Source of the DNA: a virus
Taxonomy: Duplodnaviria > Heunggongvirae > Uroviricota > Caudoviricetes
Length of the DNA: 64,000 nt
IMG/VR virus record: IMGVR_UViG_3300020045_008999
Span: 288,001-352,000 of that record
Direction: 5' to 3' (one strand)
Both the position numbers and the translations under genes were made by a program. The notes below the pieces were generated by a model that saw only the letters and a program-made list of their open reading frames with translations, did not search any database and was not told where the DNA came from. Numbering within the stretch: position 1 is the stretch's first letter; every line of letters starts with the position of its first letter. Shown piece after piece: positions 18,668 to 29,059 of the stretch.

Positions 18668-19708
18668 ATGAAAAAAAGTGATTTACATATTGGTTTAGTA
18701 ACCGATGATAGTGCTATTAATGAATTTTTATATGTACATGCGGAACTTGGTGTTAGGCCAAGTAAATTGAGTTTGCATATGGATTTTGACACTGATATGT
18801 TTTATGAAGTAGTTAATGCATATTCAATTAATATTATAAATACAGTAACCGATTTACTAGAGGGTGCGGAATGTGTCATCAACAATACTCGTTATTTTGC
18901 ATTCTTATCAAAATCCACTTATATTAGCTTTGTTGTATTAAATGCTAATGATCCGGAAAATTCTGAGGTGACCAATGTGTCATTTTTGTTTCGAAATAGT
19001 GAAACTGAAACAGTAAACACTATTGTTGATAGTTTAGAACCAATAGAAACTCAGGTATCTATTGATGGTATTGAATATCAAAATATGGTAACCCTTGATA
19101 ATGGCACCATAACATTAGAACGATTTGAAATTAGTAAAATAGATCACAGTAATATTTCATATTACTACAATGACGAAGTTTTGGAAGCGGCAAATCAAAC
19201 TATAACAGAAATCAATTCAATAACTAAGGGGATTACAATTGTCAATGGTGATAGAGGGGTTGGTAAAAGTAGTTTAATTAACTATTTAACGACCAAAATC
19301 ACTAAAAATATCATACATGTACCTACTCAAATAGTAGAAATATTTGATACAATTGACATTCATCAATTTTTGAAACACAATACTGATAGTGTTATAGTAA
19401 TAGATGATTTTGATCTAGATTTATACCAAAGTACCAAAATAATGAATTCCATAGTGCAGTTGGTAGATGGATTTAGGGCCAATTGTTATAATATACAATT
19501 TATATTATGTTCCAATTTTGTAACTGATTTTACAATTTTATCAAATGCTAACAATTTACTAAATACGATATTGGTAGAAGATCTAACAGAAATTAAATCC
19601 AAAAAACTATCAAAATTTCTGAAAATTAAACACCAGGTGGGTACGAATAAATTAATACATATTATCAAGGGGACACAAGATAATTGTAAAAAAGAAATAG
19701 GTTACTAG
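18668..19708 (+). CDS. AAA+-type ATPase (divergent)
   Basis: Walker A GDRGVGKS; Walker B VIVIDD; LVDG...QFILCSN sensor region. Confidence 0.65.
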   Translation: MKKSDLHIGLVTDDSAINEFLYVHAELGVRPSKLSLHMDFDTDMFYEVVNAYSINIINTVTDLLEGAECVINNTRYFAFLSKSTYISFVVLNANDPENSEVTNVSFLFRNSETETVNTIVDSLEPIETQVSIDGIEYQNMVTLDNGTITLERFEISKIDHSNISYYYNDEVLEAANQTITEINSITKGITIVNGDRGVGKSSLINYLTTKITKNIIHVPTQIVEIFDTIDIHQFLKHNTDSVIVIDDFDLDLYQSTKIMNSIVQLVDGFRANCYNIQFILCSNFVTDFTILSNANNLLNTILVEDLTEIKSKKLSKFLKIKHQVGTNKLIHIIKGTQDNCKKEIGY

Positions 19709-19709
19709 T

Positions 19710-20030
19710 ATGATTAATAATATGAAAGATGAAGATATATTAGAATATCTTATGACATCTGAATTTACAGATGACATAAGTTCGGAAGAATCTCGCCTAT
19801 TGTTGAGAAAATTCCGCACTCATTATCGCTTAGTTTCAACCAAAAATGAACAATTGGGATATAAAATACAAGAATTGTCCAATGAAATATTAGATTCTGC
19901 AAGAATTTATGAGGAACAACAAAGTATTAAAAATAATGAAATTAGTAGCATGGTCAAGAAATTAGCAACTGAGTTGGAACGTAAATTGACATTGAGAGAA
20001 CGTATAATTGGTAAAATAAATAGAAAATAA
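19710..20030 (+). CDS. Coiled-coil hypothetical protein
   Basis: ORF translationally coupled to its neighbours. Confidence 0.55.
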   Translation: MINNMKDEDILEYLMTSEFTDDISSEESRLLLRKFRTHYRLVSTKNEQLGYKIQELSNEILDSARIYEEQQSIKNNEISSMVKKLATELERKLTLRERIIGKINRK

Positions 20031-21154
20031 TGAAATTAGAAGATTTTAAAAAATTAGAAAACAAAATATCAAATGAAAATTTCCACAGTGGATATGGGAA
20101 TATTGACCGAGTTATGTTCGCACTATCCATATTTGGACATGTCGCTTCGGTATTCTTGGCCTATTTTTTGATATTTAAAACAATATCAAGTGCCGTTGAA
20201 AATGAAATAGTCGCCGGGATATGTACAGTAATTTTATTATGTGGGTTAGAATTATTAAAACGTGAAATATTTGACAAATTTTCTATCCAACATTTGAAAT
20301 TCAAAGCATTGTTTAAAAAAGAAGTGATTCCGCTATTATTGATTAGCTTTTTACTAGTGTCGGTTTCTTTTTATGCTACCATAAATGGTGCTAAGGAATT
20401 TTCGTCAAAAGAAAAGGAAATTGAAGAATTAGCAACCACCCAAATAGATACATTATCTACTGGGATAAAAACGAAGTATGAGACCAAAATTGCACAATAT
20501 GAATCAGAAATAAAATCCACTAAGGAAAAGATTGAGATGAAAGATGCTGAGCAAACTAGTATTGAGAGTGGTGATCGGGTTACCTCGACACAGAGGCAAC
20601 GGGTTAAAGATTTGAAAGATGAAAAACTCACACTAAAAGCAGATATTAGTAAAGCAGAAGCTGATATTGCCGCAATTAAGTTAGAAGCTGATAAAGAAAT
20701 TGCAAAGGTATCAACCGCAATTTTAGACAGTACTGATAAAAAGAAAAATGAAAACAGTTCAAATACCTTAATGTTCATTTTAATTTCTAGTATCGTAGAG
20801 GTTTTAATTGTTGCTGGGGTGTATTTTAATGAATACTACAAACACCGTTCGTATAATGAACACCGAAGTAAATTAGATCGCGATCCAAATTACCAAACAT
20901 GGGTATTGTATAATAGCATATTGGAGTCCATATATAGTGATGAAACTAAAATAAATGACAAATTATCAAGTGCCAAATCGATCATTGAAATTTGTAAAGT
21001 AAATGGTGTTTTAGTTTTACAAAAAGATGTCCTGAATATGATGAAACTATTTAATACAATAGGCATCATTAGAAATAGCGGATCAGTTAAATATATATCA
21101 AAAAGTAAAGAACTGTCCATCGAATTATTAAAAAATCATTTCAAAATAAAATAA
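20030..21154 (+). CDS. Membrane protein with long coiled coil
   Basis: Three N-terminal hydrophobic segments, an extended heptad region, a fourth TM segment and a soluble C-terminal domain. Confidence 0.65.
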   Translation: MKLEDFKKLENKISNENFHSGYGNIDRVMFALSIFGHVASVFLAYFLIFKTISSAVENEIVAGICTVILLCGLELLKREIFDKFSIQHLKFKALFKKEVIPLLLISFLLVSVSFYATINGAKEFSSKEKEIEELATTQIDTLSTGIKTKYETKIAQYESEIKSTKEKIEMKDAEQTSIESGDRVTSTQRQRVKDLKDEKLTLKADISKAEADIAAIKLEADKEIAKVSTAILDSTDKKKNENSSNTLMFILISSIVEVLIVAGVYFNEYYKHRSYNEHRSKLDRDPNYQTWVLYNSILESIYSDETKINDKLSSAKSIIEICKVNGVLVLQKDVLNMMKLFNTIGIIRNSGSVKYISKSKELSIELLKNHFKIK

Positions 21155-21173
21155 TACCATAATTACACATAGT

Positions 21174-21205
21174 AAAAACCCAGGTTTCAAACACTTGGGT
21201 TTTTT
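21174..21205 (+). terminator. Intrinsic terminator
   Basis: aaaaacccagg...cttgggtttttt hairpin with T-tract. Confidence 0.65.
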
Positions 21206-21257
21206 GTTTATTTACATTTTTTTGTTTTTATATATAGGATAATAAAATATATGTAAG

Positions 21258-21833
21258 ATGAAGAAATTTAGTAAAGTATCTGGATTTGATGTAGTTAGCA
21301 CCCCAATAGTAACAAATGATAAAACCAATGAGTATAATGACATTCGTGATCTATTAATGGGATTAATTGATAATTCACTTAGGGTGACATCATACGGTTC
21401 TGCTAGGCATGAGATATTACAAACTACTAAAATATCCGGGAAGGAAATGTTAGTAGAATCATTGATTAATATGTTTAAAGATAAAGAAGTTGCTACCAAG
21501 GTAAAAGCATTGGAAGTTTTGAAAGAAAGTGTGAAAGATTGGGAATCAATTGATGCCTCAATTGACAACATGCTGAAAGCAAAGGAATGCTTTACATTTC
21601 TAGTTAATAATGATGATTCAGTGCGCAAATTGGTTCAATTTATGCAACGTACTACCGAAGAATCATTCGAGCCTTTAACCGATATACTTCTAGAGAAATA
21701 TTCTCCATTAGCATTAGATCATAATGTTGAGGTGATTCATAATATGATTATATCTGGCCATTATGACAACAATATGCTTGCTAAATTATCGGATAAATTT
21801 CAAAAATATAAATCAACATCGGATAATGAATAA
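21258..21833 (+). CDS. Hypothetical late protein
   Basis: ORF; TTATATATA at 21228-21236. Confidence 0.55.
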   Translation: MKKFSKVSGFDVVSTPIVTNDKTNEYNDIRDLLMGLIDNSLRVTSYGSARHEILQTTKISGKEMLVESLINMFKDKEVATKVKALEVLKESVKDWESIDASIDNMLKAKECFTFLVNNDDSVRKLVQFMQRTTEESFEPLTDILLEKYSPLALDHNVEVIHNMIISGHYDNNMLAKLSDKFQKYKSTSDNE

Positions 21834-22608
21834 GGAAGCAATCACCCAGGAAATAATTGAGGGAATTACCAATAAGTCAATTATGAATAAATTAATTGAT
21901 GTGGTTTTTGTGCATGATAACCCATGTACAATAACAAACGAAATGACTCATAAGGTAAATGGTGAACTTAAAACGATTACTACTACCCAAACACATACTT
22001 TGAAGTCACACAAAATGATTGTTAAAAACAATCTTATATTTACCGATGAGGTGAATACAACACAGACCATAATGAAGAACACTCACGTATACGATTGTGC
22101 CGCATTGCGTATAAATAGGGAATTCATATCAAGTATTGATTCCTATTCAACTCTGGTGAAGTCATCTGATAGTACTAGATTCAGCATAAGTGGATTATCT
22201 AGGTGGTTCAAAAAACCATCAATCAAAGAACTGATCAATAAAATATTAGATTTTAGCGACGGTCAAGATTGGGTTTTGCTGAATGATGAAACTTATAAAA
22301 TTATCTCAAATTCACCTTATTTTGATTTGGTATCGGTATCCGATAATAATTTATTATCAGGAGTAGGAATCCTTAAAATGTCTGGACGATCGATTTCAGT
22401 TTTTTTAAATCCAAATATTACTAAGAATAAGCGTTCATATACCACTAAAACATTTAATACTAACAAAATCTATACAGGTAAAAATACCTCAGTAAGTATA
22501 ATGATAAAGGATGGATTTGATATAACCATGTTGAATGAAAATGGATATATGATTTCAATAGAGTATAAAATTGTTAAAAATGATGACATTAAGTGCATAA
22601 TTATTTAA
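21826..22608 (+). CDS. Hypothetical protein with divergent major-capsid (gp23/gp24)-like C-terminal region
   Basis: Start MNKEAI at 21826. DWVLLN...GVGILKMSGRSISVFLNP...KIYTG resembles the N.IV.S...G.L.GR..VY.DP...I.VG pattern of T4-type capsid proteins. Confidence 0.4.
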   Translation: MNKEAITQEIIEGITNKSIMNKLIDVVFVHDNPCTITNEMTHKVNGELKTITTTQTHTLKSHKMIVKNNLIFTDEVNTTQTIMKNTHVYDCAALRINREFISSIDSYSTLVKSSDSTRFSISGLSRWFKKPSIKELINKILDFSDGQDWVLLNDETYKIISNSPYFDLVSVSDNNLLSGVGILKMSGRSISVFLNPNITKNKRSYTTKTFNTNKIYTGKNTSVSIMIKDGFDITMLNENGYMISIEYKIVKNDDIKCIII

Positions 22609-22618
22609 TATATAGATT

Positions 22619-23989
22619 ATGCAAAAATATTCAGAAAAATATATTAACAATTCAGACATTTTAAAAAATGCCATCATTGGTATGGAATTTGAATTTTTTA
22701 CAAATGAGTTATCTTTCTATAAAACACTGGAACTTTTAAATCAAGAACTCTCACCGGTTAAAGTATGGGGATTCAAAGAATACCACTCAGATTTCAAACC
22801 CGATGCGAATAATTTCAAATTAGAACCCGATTATTCCGGTTCGGCAAATATGTGTGAGTTAATAACCGGACCACTTGATTATTATACAGCTAAATTTTAC
22901 TTGGTAAAAATTCTTAAATTCATTCAAAAGAATGGTTATACTAACGAAAAGTCATCAATACACTATAATATTTCATTTGGAGAGCACGGGAATCTAAATG
23001 ATTTGAATATTTTAAGAATGATTTTGAATATTGATGAAGATGAAATATATAACATATTCCCAAGTCGTAAAGGTAATGTATATGCAAAGAGTGTTCGCAG
23101 CATCGTGCCCTACAGAGACTATGATTTCAATAATATTTCTATAGAAGTGGTTAAAAACACACTTCGTTTACCAAGTGACAAATACTATGGTGTGAATTTT
23201 CTACATATAAATGACGATATCAGCGAACAGCGATTAGAGTTTCGCTATGTAGGTGGTAAAGATTATGATCGTAATATTGGCCATATTACATACTTCATGG
23301 ACAAATTTATCATGAATACCTGGGAATCGATCGGTGTTGGTTTTACTGATGGGGATATAAATGAACTAGAGAAATATTTAGATAAGAATTTATCAAATTT
23401 CAAGAGTTTTGCAACCTATGACAGCTTTTTAGTTGAATTTCCAATGATTGTGATTCAAATCGATCAAATTTCATTATATAGTGTAGTGGCGGCTTATTAC
23501 GACAACATATATAAGGAATTATTTGATTTAATACAAGCAACTGAAAGTCTTGGTGATTGCATCGTAAATTATGTTACTAAAACTCAAAAAATGGAAATTA
23601 TTGATGCAACAATCAATGCAACTAATAATATTTCCGGTTATGATTTTATAGAATGTAATGTAACCAGTGGTATATTCAATGATTGTTTTTTCTACAATAG
23701 TGATGTAAAGGAATCACAATTATTGAACTCTAAAATAGACGGGTGTGAGGTTTTGAATTCCAAGGTGATAAATTCCATTGTGGAATCATCTAATTTGAAT
23801 TCTTGTTTTTTTATGAATGGTTATTTGAATAGTAATATGGAAGGTGGGGTATTCAGAAGTGGGAAATTAGGACCATATGCATATATTAGCTCAACTACCA
23901 AAATAATAACAGAAACCGGAAACTTCTTTGATACCACATATGATGCTGGTGACAAAGGGAAAGGGAAAATGGGACCATATGAAAAATAA
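22619..23989 (+). CDS. Putative amidoligase (COOH-NH2 ligase) with C-terminal beta-helix repeats
   Basis: IGMEFEF, LEPD.S, ELITGP, SIHYNIS, KYYGVNF and RLEFRYVGG motifs; C-terminal 5-residue S/C/N repeats; late motif 22606-22614. Confidence 0.75.
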   Translation: MQKYSEKYINNSDILKNAIIGMEFEFFTNELSFYKTLELLNQELSPVKVWGFKEYHSDFKPDANNFKLEPDYSGSANMCELITGPLDYYTAKFYLVKILKFIQKNGYTNEKSSIHYNISFGEHGNLNDLNILRMILNIDEDEIYNIFPSRKGNVYAKSVRSIVPYRDYDFNNISIEVVKNTLRLPSDKYYGVNFLHINDDISEQRLEFRYVGGKDYDRNIGHITYFMDKFIMNTWESIGVGFTDGDINELEKYLDKNLSNFKSFATYDSFLVEFPMIVIQIDQISLYSVVAAYYDNIYKELFDLIQATESLGDCIVNYVTKTQKMEIIDATINATNNISGYDFIECNVTSGIFNDCFFYNSDVKESQLLNSKIDGCEVLNSKVINSIVESSNLNSCFFMNGYLNSNMEGGVFRSGKLGPYAYISSTTKIITETGNFFDTTYDAGDKGKGKMGPYEK

Positions 23990-23996
23990 TAAAAAT

Positions 23997-24383
23997 ATGA
24001 AATATATTAAAACATTTTCATTAAACGAGTCTATAAATGACATACTACCACCAGACAACAGTTATTGTATGTCTAATCCAGAACAATTTACTCGTTTCAA
24101 GGACTTTTACAAAGTGGTGAAAATCGATAATGTAAAACATGTCGGGAAATATCTAAAGGAAATTGCATTAAAAGTTGGAAGTGATAAATCTATTACCCCG
24201 GGTGAAATATTGATGTTTTTCCATAGACATAACGGGATCACTTATCGCATTCAAATATATGAATATACTGACAATTATTTTGCGGTAACTTTTACACATG
24301 CTGCTATGAAAAAAGCATTTATATGCGATGGTGAAGACGGGTTGGTTAAGTTAATAACCGATTTTCAATTATCTTGGATATAA
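23997..24383 (+). CDS. Hypothetical protein, candidate internal head protein
   Basis: Start MKYIKTFSLNES at 23997. C-terminal D.Y......F..DG.DGL..L pattern also seen in 57308-57634. Confidence 0.55.
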   Translation: MKYIKTFSLNESINDILPPDNSYCMSNPEQFTRFKDFYKVVKIDNVKHVGKYLKEIALKVGSDKSITPGEILMFFHRHNGITYRIQIYEYTDNYFAVTFTHAAMKKAFICDGEDGLVKLITDFQLSWI

Positions 24384-24464
24384 TTACACTATTCAATGAA
24401 CTTTCACCCAGTATATTACTATAATTGTTAATCAATGTATTACATTTGTGCAAACTAATTATTT

Positions 24465-26024
24465 ATGAGTGGGATTCGAAACATCAAGCAAATTATAAAC
24501 AACCATAAGAAAAAATTTGGAAACAAATTTGAAGTGTACTTCCACCAAGATTTAGACGGGGTTTGTTCTGCATTAGCTATTATCAATTATCTAAATAAAT
24601 ATGGAATGGTGTTAGTGGACACTCACATCATTCAATATGGCTCACTCGAATATGCTGTTAAAAATCCTAGGCCGGGATCTATGGCAGTATTAGTTGATTT
24701 TGCTAATTTCAAAACAATATTTTCAATCGCTACTGACCACCACGATAAACAACGAGGTGGTGTATCTGGAACATCACATACTAAACCATCCAGGTCCAAT
24801 GCGGAAACAATTTCAAGGGAAATATCTACTGATATTTTTGTGCATGTTGATGTTGAAATGATACAGACTATTGATTCGGCCAACTTTTTCAAATACAAAT
24901 TAAATCCACTACATATACAAAGTACAGTTTTCACGTTACGTAGAAATTCTTCCCCGGGTAATAATAGATTTAAATTAGGCTTAGCGTGTAATAAAATTTT
25001 ATTATCATATAAGAATAAACGAATTTCAATTGGTGATTATCATAATAAAAATTTACTAGAATGTTTAGTATTAGATTCTACGCCCAGCATGTATTCTATT
25101 TACAATAATCTACAGCGTTATATAAAGAATGCCACTTCCTTGGAATGGAATATGTCTTATCGCTCTCATAATGTGCCTCACCAGATGTTATCTCAGGTAG
25201 AACTGTACAACAATATAAGTGAGTATAAAAAAACGCGAATAAGTACGAAAGATATTCATATTGATTGTGATTTGAATGCAATTATACAGAATGGGATTGG
25301 TGATGTGTTCAAAACCGGATCATATGATAGGTATATTCCATTTGAACATAATCCGAAATGCGATTTCTTAGTTACTTTACTACCCATGGGCTTCATCCAA
25401 GCATCGCGCAACCCATTTATAGAAAGAAATCAAATAGAAATCAATCTAGCGGATGTTACCAAAGAACTATTACATAAACACAAGCATATATTGGAAAATA
25501 TTAATATATCGTTAAGTGATATAAAGCGAATTTATGAAAGCGAGATTGCTAAGATGAAAAGTAAGTTTGGGTCAGATTACTCAGCGATAGGATTTAATTT
25601 TGAAGATCTAAAAAACTACTATACTAATTCCATTATATCATTACCATATAGAAATGATGGTGACTTTAAAACTAGAAACATAATGAATCTCGAAAATGAT
25701 ACATCCATTCAAAAATTAATGGATAAAAAGTATTCACTGTGGACCGAAGTTGATAAAGAATTTATGAATTGGTACAGAATACCAATATTTGATATAATTT
25801 TACAAAATTCAGGTGGACATAAATCGATTACTAATATACAAGGGTTGAATTTCTTGGAATGTCGCCACGACTTATTGAATCGCTATTACAAGACTGAATC
25901 CGCAAATGAAGTTATGGAAATACTGTTTAAGGATTTCGTTAAAATAATGAAAGATATGTACACTACTGATAATTATGAAATGCATAATGATCTTATTCTT
26001 GGTGCAATTGACAATATTGAATAG
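24465..26024 (+). CDS. DHH-family phosphoesterase
   Basis: HQDLDG, VDF, TDHH and C-terminal SGGH motifs; preceded by GAAC-N18-TATAAT (24398-24425) and TACATTTG (24441-24448). Confidence 0.8.
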   Translation: MSGIRNIKQIINNHKKKFGNKFEVYFHQDLDGVCSALAIINYLNKYGMVLVDTHIIQYGSLEYAVKNPRPGSMAVLVDFANFKTIFSIATDHHDKQRGGVSGTSHTKPSRSNAETISREISTDIFVHVDVEMIQTIDSANFFKYKLNPLHIQSTVFTLRRNSSPGNNRFKLGLACNKILLSYKNKRISIGDYHNKNLLECLVLDSTPSMYSIYNNLQRYIKNATSLEWNMSYRSHNVPHQMLSQVELYNNISEYKKTRISTKDIHIDCDLNAIIQNGIGDVFKTGSYDRYIPFEHNPKCDFLVTLLPMGFIQASRNPFIERNQIEINLADVTKELLHKHKHILENINISLSDIKRIYESEIAKMKSKFGSDYSAIGFNFEDLKNYYTNSIISLPYRNDGDFKTRNIMNLENDTSIQKLMDKKYSLWTEVDKEFMNWYRIPIFDIILQNSGGHKSITNIQGLNFLECRHDLLNRYYKTESANEVMEILFKDFVKIMKDMYTTDNYEMHNDLILGAIDNIE

Positions 26025-26095
26025 ATATTTTATACACTTATGTCCGAGGGGGGAAGTATATTCTAATATATACTTAAATAAAAATAGTGTAATTA

Positions 26096-26491
26096 ATGGA
26101 GTTCTTTTGTGTATATTGTAAAAATAGAAAAAAGTTTGATAAGTATGTAAAAAGTTGCGCAATCAAACGAAAGTATATCATTGATATTAAGAAAATCATA
26201 GAAGAAGAAGAAATTAGTGATTACAAAAATGACAAAACCTACATAAAAATTCTCATATTAAATAAAATTCAACAAGCAATTGAGAAAAATATGAATATTT
26301 ACTATCTACCTAATTTCGATGATAGTTTTGATTTCGAAAAGTTATTGAATATTAAACAAATAATTGGCAGGGGTAACAATTTCAACATTCTGATATTCTG
26401 GAATGAATTTAGAAATGACCAAGAGATGCTATCGGCGGCAATCGACAATATTCCAAAATTCAACACCTCACAAATAATTAAGGATATTTAA
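26096..26491 (+). CDS. Hypothetical protein
   Basis: ORF; TAATATATA at 26064-26072. Confidence 0.55.
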   Translation: MEFFCVYCKNRKKFDKYVKSCAIKRKYIIDIKKIIEEEEISDYKNDKTYIKILILNKIQQAIEKNMNIYYLPNFDDSFDFEKLLNIKQIIGRGNNFNILIFWNEFRNDQEMLSAAIDNIPKFNTSQIIKDI

Positions 26492-26731
26492 CTATTTTAA
26501 CAATTCATCAATTCGGCGTGTTCTATATTCACTAAGACTAATAAATCGATGGATGTACATTCTACCAGTAAAACCATCATCTAATACAATTTTCCAGATC
26601 GGTGATGAAGTAAAAGTAAGTACGCCAGTATGCCTGGGAATTTCTTGAATCAAAGTATATTTTTTACCGGTTGTCAATCTACGGGAACTATTCGATGAGT
26701 CTACACATATCACGATATCACCTGGTTTCAT
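26492..26731 (-). CDS. Small SH3-like hypothetical protein (paralogue family with C-terminal RxxxIxxLL)
   Basis: VICVD...LTTGKKY...I..DDG...RF.SL.EYR..RI.ELL; host-type promoter TACATTTG at 26746-26753 (minus strand). Confidence 0.6.
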   Translation of the reverse strand: MKPGDIVICVDSSNSSRRLTTGKKYTLIQEIPRHTGVLTFTSSPIWKIVLDDGFTGRMYIHRFISLSEYRTRRIDELLK

Positions 26732-26824
26732 AAAAAATATTTTTACAAATGTAAAAATATTTTTTATATATTATGGAAACCTATTAATTTAATATATAGC
26801 TATTATACAAATAATCATATAAAA

Positions 26825-28591
26825 ATGGCTTTATTAGGTTCTTCACCATTGGGATTGACAGCTGAATCAGTTTCCACAACTTCCAATAATGTGGGCACAT
26901 ATCAACGTGGTCAGGTACTCACTGATGTTAATTTGTATAAAAGTTTGTTTCAAAATAATGGATTTGTACCCGCTTCTAATTATACAAATGGTGATATAAA
27001 TGCCGATGGAAGTGATGATACATTTGATATAAGTGTGTCTAGTATATTGGATTATACTGATAAGTACCCATCTATGCGACTACTAGCCTCTGATTTTGCC
27101 TACTTAAAAGATTTAGGGGTATATCCAAATAATAGATTAATGATTGCTAGGCGATTTCCGGCCGGGGTTCCAAATGATTTAACTACAATTTCAGCCGCGC
27201 CATTATCAACCCTAATATCATGGATACCGGATGGTGAGGATTTTATAGAAGTTACTTATGGGGAACATTGGGTTGATTCGGAAGCCTCATTTAAAGATAT
27301 TTTAAACGAAGCTGGTAAAGATTTGACCACTACCGGCATCGGTAATATTGCAGCTGGTGGTGGTGGTGCAATTCCATTACCTGGATTTATGGAAGGACTT
27401 CAGTACGATATTATGAAACGAATGGGAATTGTTGATGATGCCAAACAAATACCCGCGGGTAATCCTAACTTAATAAGAGAAGCGAAAATGCGTAAAACCA
27501 TGAAAGATGGTGAGGCGGGTGCTGGTGTACATTGTGATTTTGATATTAAAATGGTGGTTACTTATGAGCAAAAATTTTATGCGGGTGTAAGTCCAACCTT
27601 AGTATATTTTGACATAGTTGCTAACTTACTTAGTTTTGGTACGTCAGATTCATATTTCCAATTTAATAACAAATTTGGTACCGGTGTAAGTTCAATCATA
27701 AATGATTTAATCAGTGGGGATGTGGTTAGAATAACCAATGCGATTACTAAGTTCGTGACCGAATTCATTAACGCGGTAAAGAGTTTCGTGAAAGATTTGA
27801 TTAAAAAAATATCAAAAATAGTTCAAAATAGTGCGGATGTTGGGGCAATGGCTTTGAGTTTTGCAAATGGTCTAACCGAGGCATTGGTGGCACCAGTGAT
27901 TAAGAAATATAAAATAAGACTTATTGGGGTTGCAAATGCGTTAACCGGTACAACGTCAACACCGTGGCACATTACCATAGGAAATCCCAAAAGACCGGTA
28001 TTTAGTAGTGGTGATATGTTAATTGCTGATATTAAACTAACAATGGGGTCGATGCTTGCATATAATGACTTACCTGCAATAATTACAGCGGAAATGACAT
28101 TCAAAAATGCCAGAAGCTTGGGTGGTGATGAGATATATGAAAAGTTCAACAATGGTGCCGGTAGGACTTCCAAACGTTTAAACCTTTCCTTGGTCGAATA
28201 TTCACATGGTGATAATCCAGATGGTGTTGATAAAACATATTCGCCAACTGAACGTGTAAATCCTAATAAAGTGATAGAGCGCGGCCAAATAGAACCAGTG
28301 TCTAGCCTAAATCCTATGGGTGTGAATGCCACAGGACAAATGCAGCCGGTATTATCCGGTGTATTGGTATCACCAAGTGTTATTAATCCTATAAATGCCA
28401 GTGAAATATCACCAGTGCCGGTTCCTAAAATCGCATCACAATACAATTGGTCGGTAGTGCTCGAAAATACCGGTGGTACTGTTGAATACGCATCTGGTGT
28501 AGCATTAACAGAAGCCGCGGCACAAAATAGTATAAACTTGTTTGCAACTGGTGGGACCATCAAAGACCAAAGTATCCAGGCTGTAGTCTAA
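26825..28591 (+). CDS. Putative baseplate/tail-tube-associated structural protein
   Basis: First gene of the late baseplate operon (TAATATATA 26790-26798); position upstream of the gp53-like, hub and gp5-like genes. Confidence 0.5.
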   Translation: MALLGSSPLGLTAESVSTTSNNVGTYQRGQVLTDVNLYKSLFQNNGFVPASNYTNGDINADGSDDTFDISVSSILDYTDKYPSMRLLASDFAYLKDLGVYPNNRLMIARRFPAGVPNDLTTISAAPLSTLISWIPDGEDFIEVTYGEHWVDSEASFKDILNEAGKDLTTTGIGNIAAGGGGAIPLPGFMEGLQYDIMKRMGIVDDAKQIPAGNPNLIREAKMRKTMKDGEAGAGVHCDFDIKMVVTYEQKFYAGVSPTLVYFDIVANLLSFGTSDSYFQFNNKFGTGVSSIINDLISGDVVRITNAITKFVTEFINAVKSFVKDLIKKISKIVQNSADVGAMALSFANGLTEALVAPVIKKYKIRLIGVANALTGTTSTPWHITIGNPKRPVFSSGDMLIADIKLTMGSMLAYNDLPAIITAEMTFKNARSLGGDEIYEKFNNGAGRTSKRLNLSLVEYSHGDNPDGVDKTYSPTERVNPNKVIERGQIEPVSSLNPMGVNATGQMQPVLSGVLVSPSVINPINASEISPVPVPKIASQYNWSVVLENTGGTVEYASGVALTEAAAQNSINLFATGGTIKDQSIQAVV

Positions 28592-28606
28592 AAAATAATT
28601 TATAAA

Positions 28607-29059
28607 ATGTTAATTAAAGGATTAGGTAATTTGAAAAAAGATTTGGAATCAGGGTTATACGATTTCACAACAGCAACTTGGGCAGATTTCCAAGCACCTA
28701 CATACACTTACGAAGCTACATTGGGGGATGAAATGCGACTTGATTTAGTATGTAGGGAAGTATTTGGCAATGATGAAGATATTGAATTTTTAATGAATTA
28801 TAATAACATTGATAATCCACTAAATGTAATGACTGGTGATATTATCCGATATACTAGTGTGCAAGATTCACGTAGAGGAATTTATGCTGCTATTGAAAAT
28901 TCAGCGGTTGCAGCTGGGCTTATATTGAGTCGCAGGGGTACTCGTACTGACCCAAATCGAACCACTTATTTGGACAATTTAAATTCACTTACACCAACAA
29001 TGCGGGCAGTGTCCGGTAGTTCAGTAAATGTAGTTGGTAATAAAATAATTATTGGATAA
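28607..29059 (+). CDS. Baseplate wedge protein, gp53/LysM-like
   Basis: EMRLDLVC..VFG......LMNYNNI.NPL....GDII LysM-like pattern of T4 gp53/P2 gpX-type proteins. Confidence 0.65.
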   Translation: MLIKGLGNLKKDLESGLYDFTTATWADFQAPTYTYEATLGDEMRLDLVCREVFGNDEDIEFLMNYNNIDNPLNVMTGDIIRYTSVQDSRRGIYAAIENSAVAAGLILSRRGTRTDPNRTTYLDNLNSLTPTMRAVSGSSVNVVGNKIIIG

